From NCBI GenBank assembly GCA_900545025.1, contig UQXH01000001.1, positions 55,206 to 119,205 of the forward strand: 64,000 bases of DNA. The letters run 5' to 3'. Source of the DNA: an uncultured Phascolarctobacterium sp. (GTDB taxonomy: Bacteria > Bacillota > Negativicutes > Acidaminococcales > Acidaminococcaceae). A program made the position numbers and the translations under genes. Under the pieces are notes generated by a model. That model was not told the origin of the DNA, made no database searches, and was given only the letters and a program-made list of their open reading frames with translations. This document shows positions 29,498 to 39,511 of the stretch, in pieces. Numbering within the stretch: the stretch's first letter is position 1; every line of letters begins with the position of its first letter.

Positions 29498-30712
29498 ATG
29501 CTGCGAGTTAATATTGTAGGTATCGGACCAGGAAATCCTGAATTACTTACAGGCGCTGCAATAAAAGCTATTAAGGAAAGTAATATCCTTATCGGCGACA
29601 AAAGGATGCTGGCAGCATTTGCTGAAGCAGATAAAAAAATTTACGACACTATCAAGACTGCGGATATAGTAGAAATTGCAGCGTCGGCTAATCCTGAAAA
29701 AGATGTTCTTGCAGTGCTTGTATCAGGTGATGTTGGCTTTTTCAGCTTAGCTAAAACCATCAGCGGGAAATTGCCTGATTGTGAATGTGTACGTTACTGT
29801 GGTATCAGCAGTCTGGTATATTTTGCAGCAAAATTGCAGATGGCATGGGATGATGCAAAAATTGTCAGCATGCATGGCAGAAAGCAGAATTTGATTGCGG
29901 CTGTAGCAGAAAATCAAAAAGTATTTTCTCTTACTGGCGGCGAGCATACGCCACAAATGTTGTGTGCACGACTTTGTGAACATGGCTTGGATGATGTACA
30001 GGTATATGTTGGTGAGAATCTTTCTTACCCGGAAGAAAAGATTACTGTTGGTACTGCTGCAGAAATCAGCAAACAGACTTTTCCTTCACTGTCTGTCATG
30101 ATGATTATCAATGAACAGGCAGCAAAGTACCAGCCAGTTGTGCATGGCCTGGCTGATGAATTATTTACCCGCAGCAAGGTACCGATGACTAAACAGGAAG
30201 TGCGCAGTGTTTCCATGTCTAAATTGATGCCGAAAGCAACCGACAAGATTTATGACATTGGTGCCGGTACCGGTTCATGTTCTGTCGAGCTGGCGTTATT
30301 AGCTAATAAAGGGCGCGTATGGGCTTTTGAACGTAATCCGGAAGCTGTAGCGCTTATTCATAAAAACAGAGACTTGTTTGGTATCGAAAATTTAGAAGTA
30401 ATTGCCGGAGAAGCTTTAGAAAATATTAAGAATATGCCTGCACCTGATTGCGTTTTCGTCGGCGGCAGCGGCGGCGATTTATGCGAAATGCTGGATATCA
30501 TTTATACAAAAAATCCTGATTGTCGTGTGGTTATTAACGCTATAACTATCGAAACGCTGGCAGAAGTTGCTGATTATTATAAAAAGCATCAGGATTATGC
30601 TTTAGAAATTGTCAATGTCTGTGTTGCACGCAGCCGTAAACTTGGCAGCTATAATCTGATGATGGCACAGAATCCCGTATATGTTATGACTGCTTTGAAG
30701 AAGGTTGATTAA
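29498..30712 (+). CDS. cbiET: Fused cobalt-precorrin-6B C5,C15-methyltransferase / decarboxylase (CbiE-CbiT)
   Basis: N-terminal tetrapyrrole methylase (VNIVGIGPGNPELLT). C-terminal class-I SAM MTase domain (KIYDIGAGTGSCS). ATG at 29498 is 9 nt after AGGAG. Confidence 0.8.
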   Translation: MLRVNIVGIGPGNPELLTGAAIKAIKESNILIGDKRMLAAFAEADKKIYDTIKTADIVEIAASANPEKDVLAVLVSGDVGFFSLAKTISGKLPDCECVRYCGISSLVYFAAKLQMAWDDAKIVSMHGRKQNLIAAVAENQKVFSLTGGEHTPQMLCARLCEHGLDDVQVYVGENLSYPEEKITVGTAAEISKQTFPSLSVMMIINEQAAKYQPVVHGLADELFTRSKVPMTKQEVRSVSMSKLMPKATDKIYDIGAGTGSCSVELALLANKGRVWAFERNPEAVALIHKNRDLFGIENLEVIAGEALENIKNMPAPDCVFVGGSGGDLCEMLDIIYTKNPDCRVVINAITIETLAEVADYYKKHQDYALEIVNVCVARSRKLGSYNLMMAQNPVYVMTALKKVD

Positions 30713-30713
30713 A

Positions 30714-32078
30714 ATGGCTGAATTACAAGTTCCTCGGATAATGATAAGTGCTCCTGGCAGCGGCAGCGGCAAGACCACTATTGTATGCGGTCTTTTAAAT
30801 GCACTGATGAATATGGGCTTTAAAACTGCAGCTTTTAAATCCGGCCCAGATTATATTGACCCGATGTTTCATTCTAAAGTCATTGGAGCAAAGTCAAGAA
30901 ATCTTGATTTATTTATGCTTGGAGAGGAAACAACCAAATATTTAGCAGCAAAAAATTCTTGTGATGCGGATATTGCCGTTTTTGAAGGTGCAATGGGCTT
31001 TTATGACGGTATGGGGAAAACATTGGAAGCAAGCGCTTATAAACTTGCCTGTACCTGTGATGTACCTGTAATATTGGTTGTTAACGGCAAAGGAGCGGCT
31101 TTATCTTTAGCAGCACAAATTAAAGGTTTTAAAGATTTTCGTCCTGATAGTCATATTGTGGGAGCTATTATCAATAATGTTAATCCTATGAGCTATATGT
31201 TCTATAAGGATGTTATAGAACGTGAGACAGGAGTTAAGCTGATAGGTTATTTTCCGATTATGGCTGACTGCAATTTTGAAAGCAGGCATCTTGGCCTTGT
31301 AACAGCTGAAGAAATTGGCGATTTGCAGTCCATAGTTGATAGACTTGCTGCACAAGCTGCCAAATCTATTGATATGGAAGCATTATTAGAAATTGCACGA
31401 AAAGCTTGTCCTTTGCAATATGAGGAGCAGAATATAGAGTCTATTGGAAAAGTGCGTATTGCAGTAGCACAAGATAAAGCTTTTTGTTTCTATTATCAGG
31501 ATGCTCTGGATTTACTCTCTGAACTTGGTGCAGAGCTTGTTCCGTTTAGTCCGCTTAATGACAAATATTTGCCGGAAAACTGTCAGGGAATAATCCTTGG
31601 CGGCGGCTATCCTGAAATCTACGCTCAACAGCTTGCTGATAATCACACTATGCTGGAAAGTATTCGCGAGGCTGTGCTGCAAGGAATGCCCTGTTTTGCT
31701 GAATGCGGCGGGTTTATGTATTTGCTGGAACGTTATTGTGAAGGCGATAAAATTTATTCATGGGTAGGAGCCGTAGAAGGCGAAACGAGCATGACCAAAA
31801 AGCTTAATCGTTTTGGTTATGTACATCTTACTGCTCAGCATGATAATATGCTCTGCTGTAAAGGTGAAATGATTAACGGACATGAGTTCCATTATTCTGA
31901 CAGCTGCAATAACGGCAGCAGCTTTTTGGCAGAAAAGGCTTCCGGAAAAGGAGCTTGGCACTGTGCTCATGCAGGAAAAACTCTTTATGCCGGGTATCCG
32001 CATATACATTTATGGGGAAATCCTGAGTTTGCACGCAATTTTGTTAAATGCTGCTGTGAATATAAACAAGAAAAATAA
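30714..32078 (+). CDS. cbiA: Cobyrinate a,c-diamide synthase
   Basis: ISAPGSGSGKTT P-loop. C-terminal glutamine amidotransferase domain (CFAECGGFMYL). First ATG after the cbiET stop. Confidence 0.85.
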   Translation: MAELQVPRIMISAPGSGSGKTTIVCGLLNALMNMGFKTAAFKSGPDYIDPMFHSKVIGAKSRNLDLFMLGEETTKYLAAKNSCDADIAVFEGAMGFYDGMGKTLEASAYKLACTCDVPVILVVNGKGAALSLAAQIKGFKDFRPDSHIVGAIINNVNPMSYMFYKDVIERETGVKLIGYFPIMADCNFESRHLGLVTAEEIGDLQSIVDRLAAQAAKSIDMEALLEIARKACPLQYEEQNIESIGKVRIAVAQDKAFCFYYQDALDLLSELGAELVPFSPLNDKYLPENCQGIILGGGYPEIYAQQLADNHTMLESIREAVLQGMPCFAECGGFMYLLERYCEGDKIYSWVGAVEGETSMTKKLNRFGYVHLTAQHDNMLCCKGEMINGHEFHYSDSCNNGSSFLAEKASGKGAWHCAHAGKTLYAGYPHIHLWGNPEFARNFVKCCCEYKQEK

Positions 32079-32107
32079 AAAGCCCATGGGCTAAGGGGAC
32101 TTTGTTT

Positions 32108-33076
32108 ATGATGACATTAGCTGCCATTACGGCAGGTTTTATCTTGGACCTTCTTTTTGGAGATCCCCATTGGCTGCCGCATCCTATTTGCCTGATAGGT
32201 AATTTAATAGGTTTTCTGGAAAAAAATCTGCGCAAAATTTTTGCGTTTAGTAATATAGCACTTTTAATAAGCGGCAGTTTTATGGTACTGATAGTTTTAT
32301 TATGTACCTATTTGATTCCGTATTTCATTTTGCAGGAAGCTGAAAAAATCAGCATTTGGCTGGCATTTGCTCTGGAGACATTAATGTTTTACCAGATATT
32401 TGCTACTAAATGCTTGCGTGATGAAAGCATGAAGGTTTTTGATGCGCTGCAGAAAGGTGATTTGGCTGATGCCAGAGTCAAATTGTCATGGATTGTAGGC
32501 AGAGATACCAAAAATCTGACTAGTGAAGAAGTAACTAAGGGTGCAGTCGAAACTGTTGCAGAAAATACTGCAGATGGAGTAATTGCTCCGATGTTCTATA
32601 TGTTTATCGGTGGGGCTCCACTTACTTTTTTATACAAAGGAATCAATACCATGGATTCTATGGTAGGTTATAAAAATGATAAATATCTGTATTTTGGCAG
32701 ATGTGCTGCTAAATTAGACGATTTAGCTAATTTTATTCCGGCACGTATTTCAGGTATGGTTATGATGCTGGCAGCATATTTTCTTAACCTTGATAGCAAG
32801 CAGGCGTGGAAAACATTCTGGCGTGACAGATATAATCATTTAAGCCCTAATTCTGCTATGACAGAGTCTGTTGCTGCAGGTGCGCTGAATATCCAGCTTG
32901 GCGGCGGTCATTTTTATTTTGGGAAATGGGTTCCTAAAGATACTATAGGCGATGATATCAGACCGGTAGTGGCTGAAGATATTGTTGCAGTGAATAATTT
33001 ACTATATATGTCAGCTGTAATAAGTATTTTATTTTTTGCATTAATATATTTGCTTAAAATATTTATAGCAGCCTGA
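32108..33076 (+). CDS. cbiB: Adenosylcobinamide-phosphate synthase
   Basis: Membrane protein LAAITAGFILDLLFGDPHWLPHPICLIGNLIGF is the CbiB/CobD-family signature. ATG at 32108 is 7 nt after AAGGGGAC. Confidence 0.85.
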   Translation: MMTLAAITAGFILDLLFGDPHWLPHPICLIGNLIGFLEKNLRKIFAFSNIALLISGSFMVLIVLLCTYLIPYFILQEAEKISIWLAFALETLMFYQIFATKCLRDESMKVFDALQKGDLADARVKLSWIVGRDTKNLTSEEVTKGAVETVAENTADGVIAPMFYMFIGGAPLTFLYKGINTMDSMVGYKNDKYLYFGRCAAKLDDLANFIPARISGMVMMLAAYFLNLDSKQAWKTFWRDRYNHLSPNSAMTESVAAGALNIQLGGGHFYFGKWVPKDTIGDDIRPVVAEDIVAVNNLLYMSAVISILFFALIYLLKIFIAA

Positions 33077-33095
33077 TTTCAGAGGATGGGAAGTT

Positions 33096-34184
33096 ATGTA
33101 TACTTACGTTCATGGTGGGGATATTTATACTCAGAAGCAAACTGCAGCTGGTAAAGACATGATTGATTTTTCAGCAAATATCAATCCCCTGGGCTTGCCT
33201 GCGGGTGTTAAAACTGCTATTAAAACTGCTATTAAAAAATGTGTAAATTATCCTGACCCGTTTTGCCGTGAGTTGACGCAGGCAACAGCTGATTTTCTGC
33301 ATATAGATAAAGAATGGCTGTTTTTCGGTAATGGTGCTGCTGATGTACTTTTCCGACTGGCACTGGCGATAAAGCCTAAGAAAGCATTGCTTTTGGCACC
33401 AACATTTGCTGATTATGAAAAAGCATTGCGTTCTGTTGATTGCGGCATAAGCTACTACAATTTACCCAGCAAGCATGAATTTATTGTGCAAAAGGATATT
33501 TTGCGCCGTATTACGACCAGGACAGATATAGTAGTTATCTGTAATCCTAATAATCCTACCGGTCAGCTGACTGACAGAAGCTTGCTTGAACATATTCTTG
33601 CAAAGTGTAATGAAGTAGGCGCCTATCTGTTGCTTGATGAATGTTTTATGGATTTTGTTGATGAAGATAAAGCATTCAGTATGCGCGATGTACTGGCTGC
33701 TAATCACAGATTGATTATTCTCAAAGCGTTTACCAAGACTTTTGCTATTCCTGGTGTAAGGCTTGGGTATTGTATGAATGCAGATGCTGCTTTATGTAAG
33801 GCTTTGCACGAAAGCGGTCAGGACTGGAGTGTTTCTGTCTTAGCGCAGGAAGCAGGCTGTGCGGCTTTGCAGGAAAAAGAATATTTAAATGAATCTTATA
33901 TACTGATCAAAGAAGAACGTCAGTATCTTATAAATCAGCTGAAAGCCTTGGGAGCAGAAGTATATGGCTCCCATGCAAACTACATATTTTTCTATATGGA
34001 AAAACCAGCTCAGCTTAAGGAATTACTGTATCAACAGGGATATATGATTCGTTCCTGTGCCAATTACCATAATCTGGGTGAGGGTTATTACAGAATCGCG
34101 GTAAAAACAAGGGTGCTGAACCGTGGTCTTATTAAAGCAATTAAGGAAGCAAGAAAAAATGCGCTCATTACTGGTACTTATTGA
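33096..34184 (+). CDS. cobD: L-threonine-O-3-phosphate decarboxylase (class I/II aminotransferase fold)
   Basis: PLP-lysine region (KAFTKTFAIPGVRLGY). Size (362 aa) and position between cbiB and cbiP typical of CobD. Confidence 0.75.
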   Translation: MYTYVHGGDIYTQKQTAAGKDMIDFSANINPLGLPAGVKTAIKTAIKKCVNYPDPFCRELTQATADFLHIDKEWLFFGNGAADVLFRLALAIKPKKALLLAPTFADYEKALRSVDCGISYYNLPSKHEFIVQKDILRRITTRTDIVVICNPNNPTGQLTDRSLLEHILAKCNEVGAYLLLDECFMDFVDEDKAFSMRDVLAANHRLIILKAFTKTFAIPGVRLGYCMNADAALCKALHESGQDWSVSVLAQEAGCAALQEKEYLNESYILIKEERQYLINQLKALGAEVYGSHANYIFFYMEKPAQLKELLYQQGYMIRSCANYHNLGEGYYRIAVKTRVLNRGLIKAIKEARKNALITGTY

Positions 34185-35286
34185 TGGTTTAGGTGATGAA
34201 CCAATTCCTGACTGGAAAGGGCTTACACCTTTTCAGAGGGCACAACATAATAACATAGATAAATTACTGGACGGAAAAGTTGCAGCAGAAATTTCTATTT
34301 GTGGAAATGATATTATACCAGAAAGCTGCAGTTGTATTCTGCGCCTATTAGGGGTGAAGAATAACTATATTCCACGAAGCCGTTCCTATTTGGAATTGCT
34401 TGCGCATAACAGAGATATTTCAGAATTTGAAATGGTACTCAGATGCAACCTTGTAGCTGTCAATGAGCATAATATTATGACTGCCTTCAACGGAACAGGA
34501 CTGAATATTGTAGAAATGCAGAAAGCTGCTGCGGTATGCAATGATATTTTAAAAGAAATAGAGTTTATCCATTTGTCTGAATATCGTAATCTGATGATTT
34601 TAAACAGAGAGCAACAGGTATTAAGCTGTCATGTTCCGCCGCCACATGAAAATGTAGGTGAAAATATTTATTTTTTGCTTACAGAGCTGATGCAAAATTC
34701 GCTGGCTATGAAATATTTTCTGGAAGTTGCAGAACAAAGATTGCAGAAATTCAGCAGAAACGGTCTGAGATATATGCTGTATCCGTGGGGAGCTGCTGAC
34801 AGATGTGTGCTGCCGTCTTTTTTTGAGCTGCACCATGTAAAGGGAGCTGCAGTATGCAAAGCAGAAATTGTCGCCGGTATTGCTACAGCACTTGGTATGC
34901 AGGTAGAAATTCCTGCTAATGCTACCGGTGATATCGATACTGACATAGAGGCTAAAACAACTTCTGCGCTTAATCTGTTACAGGACAATGATTTTGTGAT
35001 AGCCCACTTTAACGGCAGTGATGAAGCTTCTCATCGATATGATGCTGAAGGCAAGCTGCATTTTATTGAAAAAATTGACGAATATTTTCTCGGCAGGATT
35101 ATGCAGGAGTATCATGAGCCTTTACGAATAGTTGTCTGCGGCGACCATGTAACCAGTTCTGTAAGTGGCAAGCATGGTCGAGGCGCAGTACCCGTAGTTG
35201 CAGGCAGCATAAATTGCAGCGCCCAAGATATCGATATCAATTCCTATAAAGAAATACTAAACTTTTTGATGAGAGAGAGTGATTGA
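34159..35286 (+). CDS. Alkaline-phosphatase-superfamily protein resembling archaeal-type cofactor-independent phosphoglycerate mutase (ApgM-like), embedded in the B12 operon
   Basis: N-terminus [15 protein letters not shown] resembles the ApgM-type MxxxLxIxDGxGD start. ~375 aa. Translationally coupled between cobD and cbiP. Confidence 0.55.
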   Translation: MRSLLVLIDGLGDEPIPDWKGLTPFQRAQHNNIDKLLDGKVAAEISICGNDIIPESCSCILRLLGVKNNYIPRSRSYLELLAHNRDISEFEMVLRCNLVAVNEHNIMTAFNGTGLNIVEMQKAAAVCNDILKEIEFIHLSEYRNLMILNREQQVLSCHVPPPHENVGENIYFLLTELMQNSLAMKYFLEVAEQRLQKFSRNGLRYMLYPWGAADRCVLPSFFELHHVKGAAVCKAEIVAGIATALGMQVEIPANATGDIDTDIEAKTTSALNLLQDNDFVIAHFNGSDEASHRYDAEGKLHFIEKIDEYFLGRIMQEYHEPLRIVVCGDHVTSSVSGKHGRGAVPVVAGSINCSAQDIDINSYKEILNFLMRESD

Positions 35287-35287
35287 T

Positions 35288-36808
35288 GTGGCAAAAGCTA
35301 TAATGGTACAGGGAACAATGTCTAATGCAGGTAAAAGCCTGGTAACTGCCGGTTTGTGCCGTGTATTTAATCAGGATGGTAAAAAAGTAGCTCCGTTTAA
35401 ATCACAGAATATGGCTTTAAACTCCTTTATTACCAAAGAAGGAGCTGAAATGGGTCGTGCGCAGGTAGTACAGGCTGAAGCAGCTAACATTGAACCCAGC
35501 GCCTTAATGAATCCTATCCTGTTAAAGCCTACAAGTGACAGCGGCTCTCAGGTAATCGTGAACGGCGAAGCTATTGGTACCATGACTGCTGCTGAATATT
35601 TTAAATTCAAGACTAATCTCATTCCTGATATAATGAAAGCTTACAATCAGCTTGATGCAGCTTATGATGTCATTGTGCTGGAAGGTGCAGGCAGCCCAGC
35701 AGAAATCAATCTTAAAACTCAGGATATAGTAAACATGGGTATGGCTAAAATGGCCAAAGCTCCTGTATTATTGGTTGCTGACATTGATCGCGGCGGTGTA
35801 TTCGCTTCTATCTATGGCACTTTGATGTTGATGGATGAAGATGAACGTGCCATGGTTAAAGGCGTTATCATTAATAAATTCCGTGGTGATGTTGATATTC
35901 TGCGTCCTGGTCTGGACATGATTGAAGCAAAGACAGGAGTGCCTGTTGTGGGCGTTCTGCCGATGCTGCATATAGATATAGAAGATGAGGATAGTCTTTC
36001 TGAAAGACTGACAGCACATACTGAAGTTAAATTGGTGGATATAGCTGTTGTCAGAATCCCGCGTATGTCCAACTATACAGACTTTAATGTATTTGAACTG
36101 ATTCCCGGAGTATCACTGCGTTATGTAACTTCCGTAAAAGAACTTGGCACCCCGGATATGATTATTATTCCTGGTACAAAGAACACTATCGGTGACTTGA
36201 AATGGCTGCGTCAAAGCGGACTTGAAGCTGAAATTAAGAAAAAAGCCAGCGAAGGTACAGTTATTTTCGGTGTATGCGGCGGCTATCAGATGTTAGGTAA
36301 AAATATCTCTGATCCCTATGGCGTAGAAGAAGGCGGAGATACTCCTGGTATTGGTCTTTTGGATGTAGAGACAATCTTTGCAGAGAAAAAACGTACTATC
36401 CAAATGTCTGGAAAATTTGCTGCAGTGCAGGGTATTTTTGCTAATTTGAGTGATAAACCTTTGGTTGGTTATGAAATTCACTCCGGTGTAACAAATTTTG
36501 CTGCTGAAAATGCTATGACTGAGATTAAGCCTATTCATGAGGCTGGCGAAGCAATGCTGGAAGGTTCGCAAAATGTTACCGAAAAAATAAATGTTTACGG
36601 TACATATGTACATGGCATTTTCGATGGTGACGGAATTGCCGCTGCAGTTGTGGAAGCATTGCTGGCGAAAAAAGGCCTGAAAATGGAAGATATAAAAACT
36701 GTTAATTTTGCTGATTATAAAAAACAGCAATACGATATTCTGGCCGACAGTATCAGAAAGAATTTAGATATGGAAAAAATTTATGCTATATTGGAAGCAG
36801 GTGTCTAA
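35288..36808 (+). CDS. cbiP: Cobyric acid synthase
   Basis: With the GTG start at 35288 the N-terminus reads (M)[16 protein letters not shown], the CobQ/CbiP consensus. C-terminal GATase (GVCGGYQML). Confidence 0.85.
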   Translation: MAKAIMVQGTMSNAGKSLVTAGLCRVFNQDGKKVAPFKSQNMALNSFITKEGAEMGRAQVVQAEAANIEPSALMNPILLKPTSDSGSQVIVNGEAIGTMTAAEYFKFKTNLIPDIMKAYNQLDAAYDVIVLEGAGSPAEINLKTQDIVNMGMAKMAKAPVLLVADIDRGGVFASIYGTLMLMDEDERAMVKGVIINKFRGDVDILRPGLDMIEAKTGVPVVGVLPMLHIDIEDEDSLSERLTAHTEVKLVDIAVVRIPRMSNYTDFNVFELIPGVSLRYVTSVKELGTPDMIIIPGTKNTIGDLKWLRQSGLEAEIKKKASEGTVIFGVCGGYQMLGKNISDPYGVEEGGDTPGIGLLDVETIFAEKKRTIQMSGKFAAVQGIFANLSDKPLVGYEIHSGVTNFAAENAMTEIKPIHEAGEAMLEGSQNVTEKINVYGTYVHGIFDGDGIAAAVVEALLAKKGLKMEDIKTVNFADYKKQQYDILADSIRKNLDMEKIYAILEAGV

Positions 36809-37339
36809 ATGAAAGACGGCGGCCTGATACATATATATTGCGGTGACGGTAAAGGCAAAACAACAGCTGCTGTAGGTTTAGCTGTGCGTTGCAGTGGACA
36901 TGGTAATAAGGTATTGCTGGTGCAGTTTTTGAAAAGCAGGCCTACCGGAGAGCTTAAATCACTTGCTTTACTGCCAGGTATCGAAATATTGCGCGGCAAA
37001 GAGAATAATAAATTTACTTTTCAGATGACTGTGGAGGAAAAGGCTGTTGTATTGAAAAATCATATGGACTTATTTGCCAAGGTCCAAGGAAAATGCCTGC
37101 AGGATAAAATAGATTTGCTTATTTTAGACGAGGTTATCGGAGCCTGCAATACCGGTGTTTTTGAATTAGAGGCTTTGCTTAAATTTTTACAAAACAAACC
37201 GCAAGAACTGGAAGTTGTGCTTACAGGACGTAATCCTGCTGCTGAATTAGTTGAGCTGGCAGATTATGTATCAGAAATCTGTAAGCGTAAACATCCTTTT
37301 GATAAAGGTATCCCGGCAAGAACCGGGGTAGAAAGGTAG
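36809..37339 (+). CDS. cobO: Cob(I)yrinic acid a,c-diamide adenosyltransferase (CobA/BtuR/CobO type)
   Basis: GLIHIYCGDGKGKTTAAVGLAVR P-loop. 176 aa. Confidence 0.8.
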   Translation: MKDGGLIHIYCGDGKGKTTAAVGLAVRCSGHGNKVLLVQFLKSRPTGELKSLALLPGIEILRGKENNKFTFQMTVEEKAVVLKNHMDLFAKVQGKCLQDKIDLLILDEVIGACNTGVFELEALLKFLQNKPQELEVVLTGRNPAAELVELADYVSEICKRKHPFDKGIPARTGVER

Positions 37340-37348
37340 GTTATTTAA

Positions 37349-37978
37349 ATGCAGTTGCAAAATGTGTTGCCTGCGGATATTGAAAACCGCAGCATGGAAA
37401 TTATCGGTGAAGAACTTGGTGAAATTAAGCTTGATCCTGAAAAAATCGATATTGTAAAACGTGTAATCCATACATCTGCTGATTTTGATTATGCACGTAC
37501 TTTGCATTTTTCTGAAGGCGTTGTAGAAAAAGCACTTACTGCATTAAAAAATGGTGCAACCATTGTTACTGATACTAATATGGCTTGTACAGGTATCAAT
37601 AAAATGGGTTTGAACAAGCTTGGGGCAAAAGCAGTTTGCTTTATGGCTGATGCCGATGTGGCTGCCCGTGCTAAAGAGGCTGGCTCTACAAGGGCGGCTG
37701 CCTGCATGGAAAAAGCTTGCAGTATTGAAGGGCCTGTTATTATTGCGGTAGGTAATGCCCCAACAGCTTTAGTACGTCTTGACGAATTGGTAAAAGAAGG
37801 AAGAATTAAACCTGAACTTGTTATTGGTGTACCCGTAGGCTTCGTCAATGTAGTAGAATCCAAAGAAATTATCATGAAAACAGGAATCCCTTATATTGTT
37901 GCACGTGGCCGTAAAGGCGGCAGTAATGTTGCTGCAGCCATCTGCAATGCGCTTATTTATAAATTAACCAGAAAATAG
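37349..37978 (+). CDS. cbiC: Cobalt-precorrin-8 methylmutase
   Basis: 209 aa CbiC/CobH-like (IVKRVIHTSADFDY...VIGVPVGFV). Confidence 0.8.
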   Translation: MQLQNVLPADIENRSMEIIGEELGEIKLDPEKIDIVKRVIHTSADFDYARTLHFSEGVVEKALTALKNGATIVTDTNMACTGINKMGLNKLGAKAVCFMADADVAARAKEAGSTRAAACMEKACSIEGPVIIAVGNAPTALVRLDELVKEGRIKPELVIGVPVGFVNVVESKEIIMKTGIPYIVARGRKGGSNVAAAICNALIYKLTRK

Positions 37979-37986
37979 ATTATAGC

Positions 37987-38015
37987 TTGACAGTTAGTCA
38001 ACGAATTGCTATAAT
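37987..38015 (+). promoter_or_regulatory. Consensus sigma70 promoter of tRNA-Asn
   Basis: TTGACA (37987-92), 17-nt spacer, TATAAT (38010-15). Confidence 0.7.
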
Positions 38016-38035
38016 AATCTCTGTTAACTGATTAT

Positions 38036-38111
38036 TCCCCGATAGTTCAGCCGGTAGAACACCTGACTGTTAATCAGGGCGTCGTAGGTTCGAGTCCTAC
38101 TCGGGGAGCCA
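38036..38111 (+). tRNA. tRNA-Asn (anticodon GTT), CCA encoded
   Basis: Acceptor tccccga/tcgggga. Anticodon loop ctGTTaa. T-arm ggttcgagtcc. Discriminator G then CCA. Confidence 0.9.
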
Positions 38112-38118
38112 GTAAAAA

Positions 38119-38152
38119 ATAACGCTGTAGCTTAGGTTACGGCGTTTTTTGT
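38119..38152 (+). terminator. Rho-independent terminator after tRNA-Asn
   Basis: aacgctgtagcttaggttacggcgtt followed by TTTTGTTTT. Confidence 0.7.
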
Positions 38153-38212
38153 TTTATGTTGGAAATGGCGGGCACAATTTATCAGCGTGTTTTGGGCACG
38201 ATATGGTCACGA

Positions 38213-39340
38213 TTAACCGGAAATCTCATAAATCTTGGCTACCTGATCGGCGACCATCTTATCCATATTTGGTATTGCGTGGCCATATAAATTGAGTGTA
38301 TGTGATGGCTTGGAATGGCCAAGTCTTTTGCATACTTCAAGTAGCGGAACGCCGCCGGAAAGCAACTGAGTAGCATGCGTGTGTCTTAGGCAGTGAAACT
38401 TTTTATAATTTACTTCGGCACCTTTTAGTATTACAGACCAGGCACGGCGCATATTGGAAGGCAGAAATGGCGTTCCTGCACGCGTTCTGAACACATAATC
38501 CAGCTTATCCATATAAAGTATCTTGCCGGACTTTTTTAAGGCCAGCAGGGCTGCTGTAACGCGTTCAGGAATAGTAATATATCTGCGCCCTGCGGCAGTT
38601 TTGGTTGGCATGTCTTCAGGCGGTCTGCCTGGTAATGCCTGCAGGGTGGATACTATTTTGATTGTATTTTCTTTGGTATCTACATTTTTCCATCGCAGTG
38701 ACAGGAGTTCTCCTAACCTGGCACCCGTTGTTGCTGCCAAGAGAATGAAAGCATAATGCCGCCTTAATCTGGATGGGGTAGTGGGATTCTGCAGATAATC
38801 CAGAATCTTTTTAATTTCAGCCTGGGTAAATATCTCAACCTCTTCATGTGTAACCTTTGGCGGTTCAACAAGATCCATGAAGTTTTTGTTTATGATGCCT
38901 AGCATGTAGGCTTTTTTTACAGCGGCAGATAGAAGCTGGTAAATCTTATATTTGCTGCTGCTGGCCATGGTATCAGGCAGGCCATTTAAAAACCGTTGTA
39001 CGGTAAGATTAGCAGATTTTGCCTGCAGCGGCATATCAGCTATTGGCTCTATGTGAGAGAAGGACTGCAGGTACTGCAGCTTAGATTTTGGCCGGAGATT
39101 TGCTTTGTACGTCTTGATCCACTCAATGATCCAGTCGGAGATGGTCATATCATTGGGGGCAACATAGGTATCACGGGCAAACTGAGAGCGTATATCAGTC
39201 AGCCAGTCTTTTGCTTCTTCACGGGTGTTGAAGCGTTTGAAGAGTCTCTGACCGTATGGATCAGTAATTGCTGCTCTGTATTTGTTACGTTGTTTATCGA
39301 AGTAAACAGTTCCTTCGCCATTTTCACGTTTTTTAGGCAT
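38213..39340 (-). CDS. int: Phage tyrosine integrase (site-specific recombinase)
   Basis: 375 aa. C-terminal catalytic residues in the context ...HCLRHTHATQLLSGGVPLLEVCKRLGHSKPSHTLNLYGH. N-terminal SAM-like domain. Adjacent to the tRNA. Confidence 0.9.
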   Translation of the reverse strand: MPKKRENGEGTVYFDKQRNKYRAAITDPYGQRLFKRFNTREEAKDWLTDIRSQFARDTYVAPNDMTISDWIIEWIKTYKANLRPKSKLQYLQSFSHIEPIADMPLQAKSANLTVQRFLNGLPDTMASSSKYKIYQLLSAAVKKAYMLGIINKNFMDLVEPPKVTHEEVEIFTQAEIKKILDYLQNPTTPSRLRRHYAFILLAATTGARLGELLSLRWKNVDTKENTIKIVSTLQALPGRPPEDMPTKTAAGRRYITIPERVTAALLALKKSGKILYMDKLDYVFRTRAGTPFLPSNMRRAWSVILKGAEVNYKKFHCLRHTHATQLLSGGVPLLEVCKRLGHSKPSHTLNLYGHAIPNMDKMVADQVAKIYEISG

Positions 39341-39511
39341 AAAAAATCAGCTCCTTTACTTATTTTGGGTATAAGGTAGCAGAGCTGATTAAATCATGTT
39401 ATAATTAAATAGATAATCAGCCTGCTGTGGTAGGTGGGTAGGTTATATAGCAGTAATTGTTGGTAGCTTTTACTGCACGTCCCTCGGTGTTGGTAGCACC
39501 GGGGGATTTTT

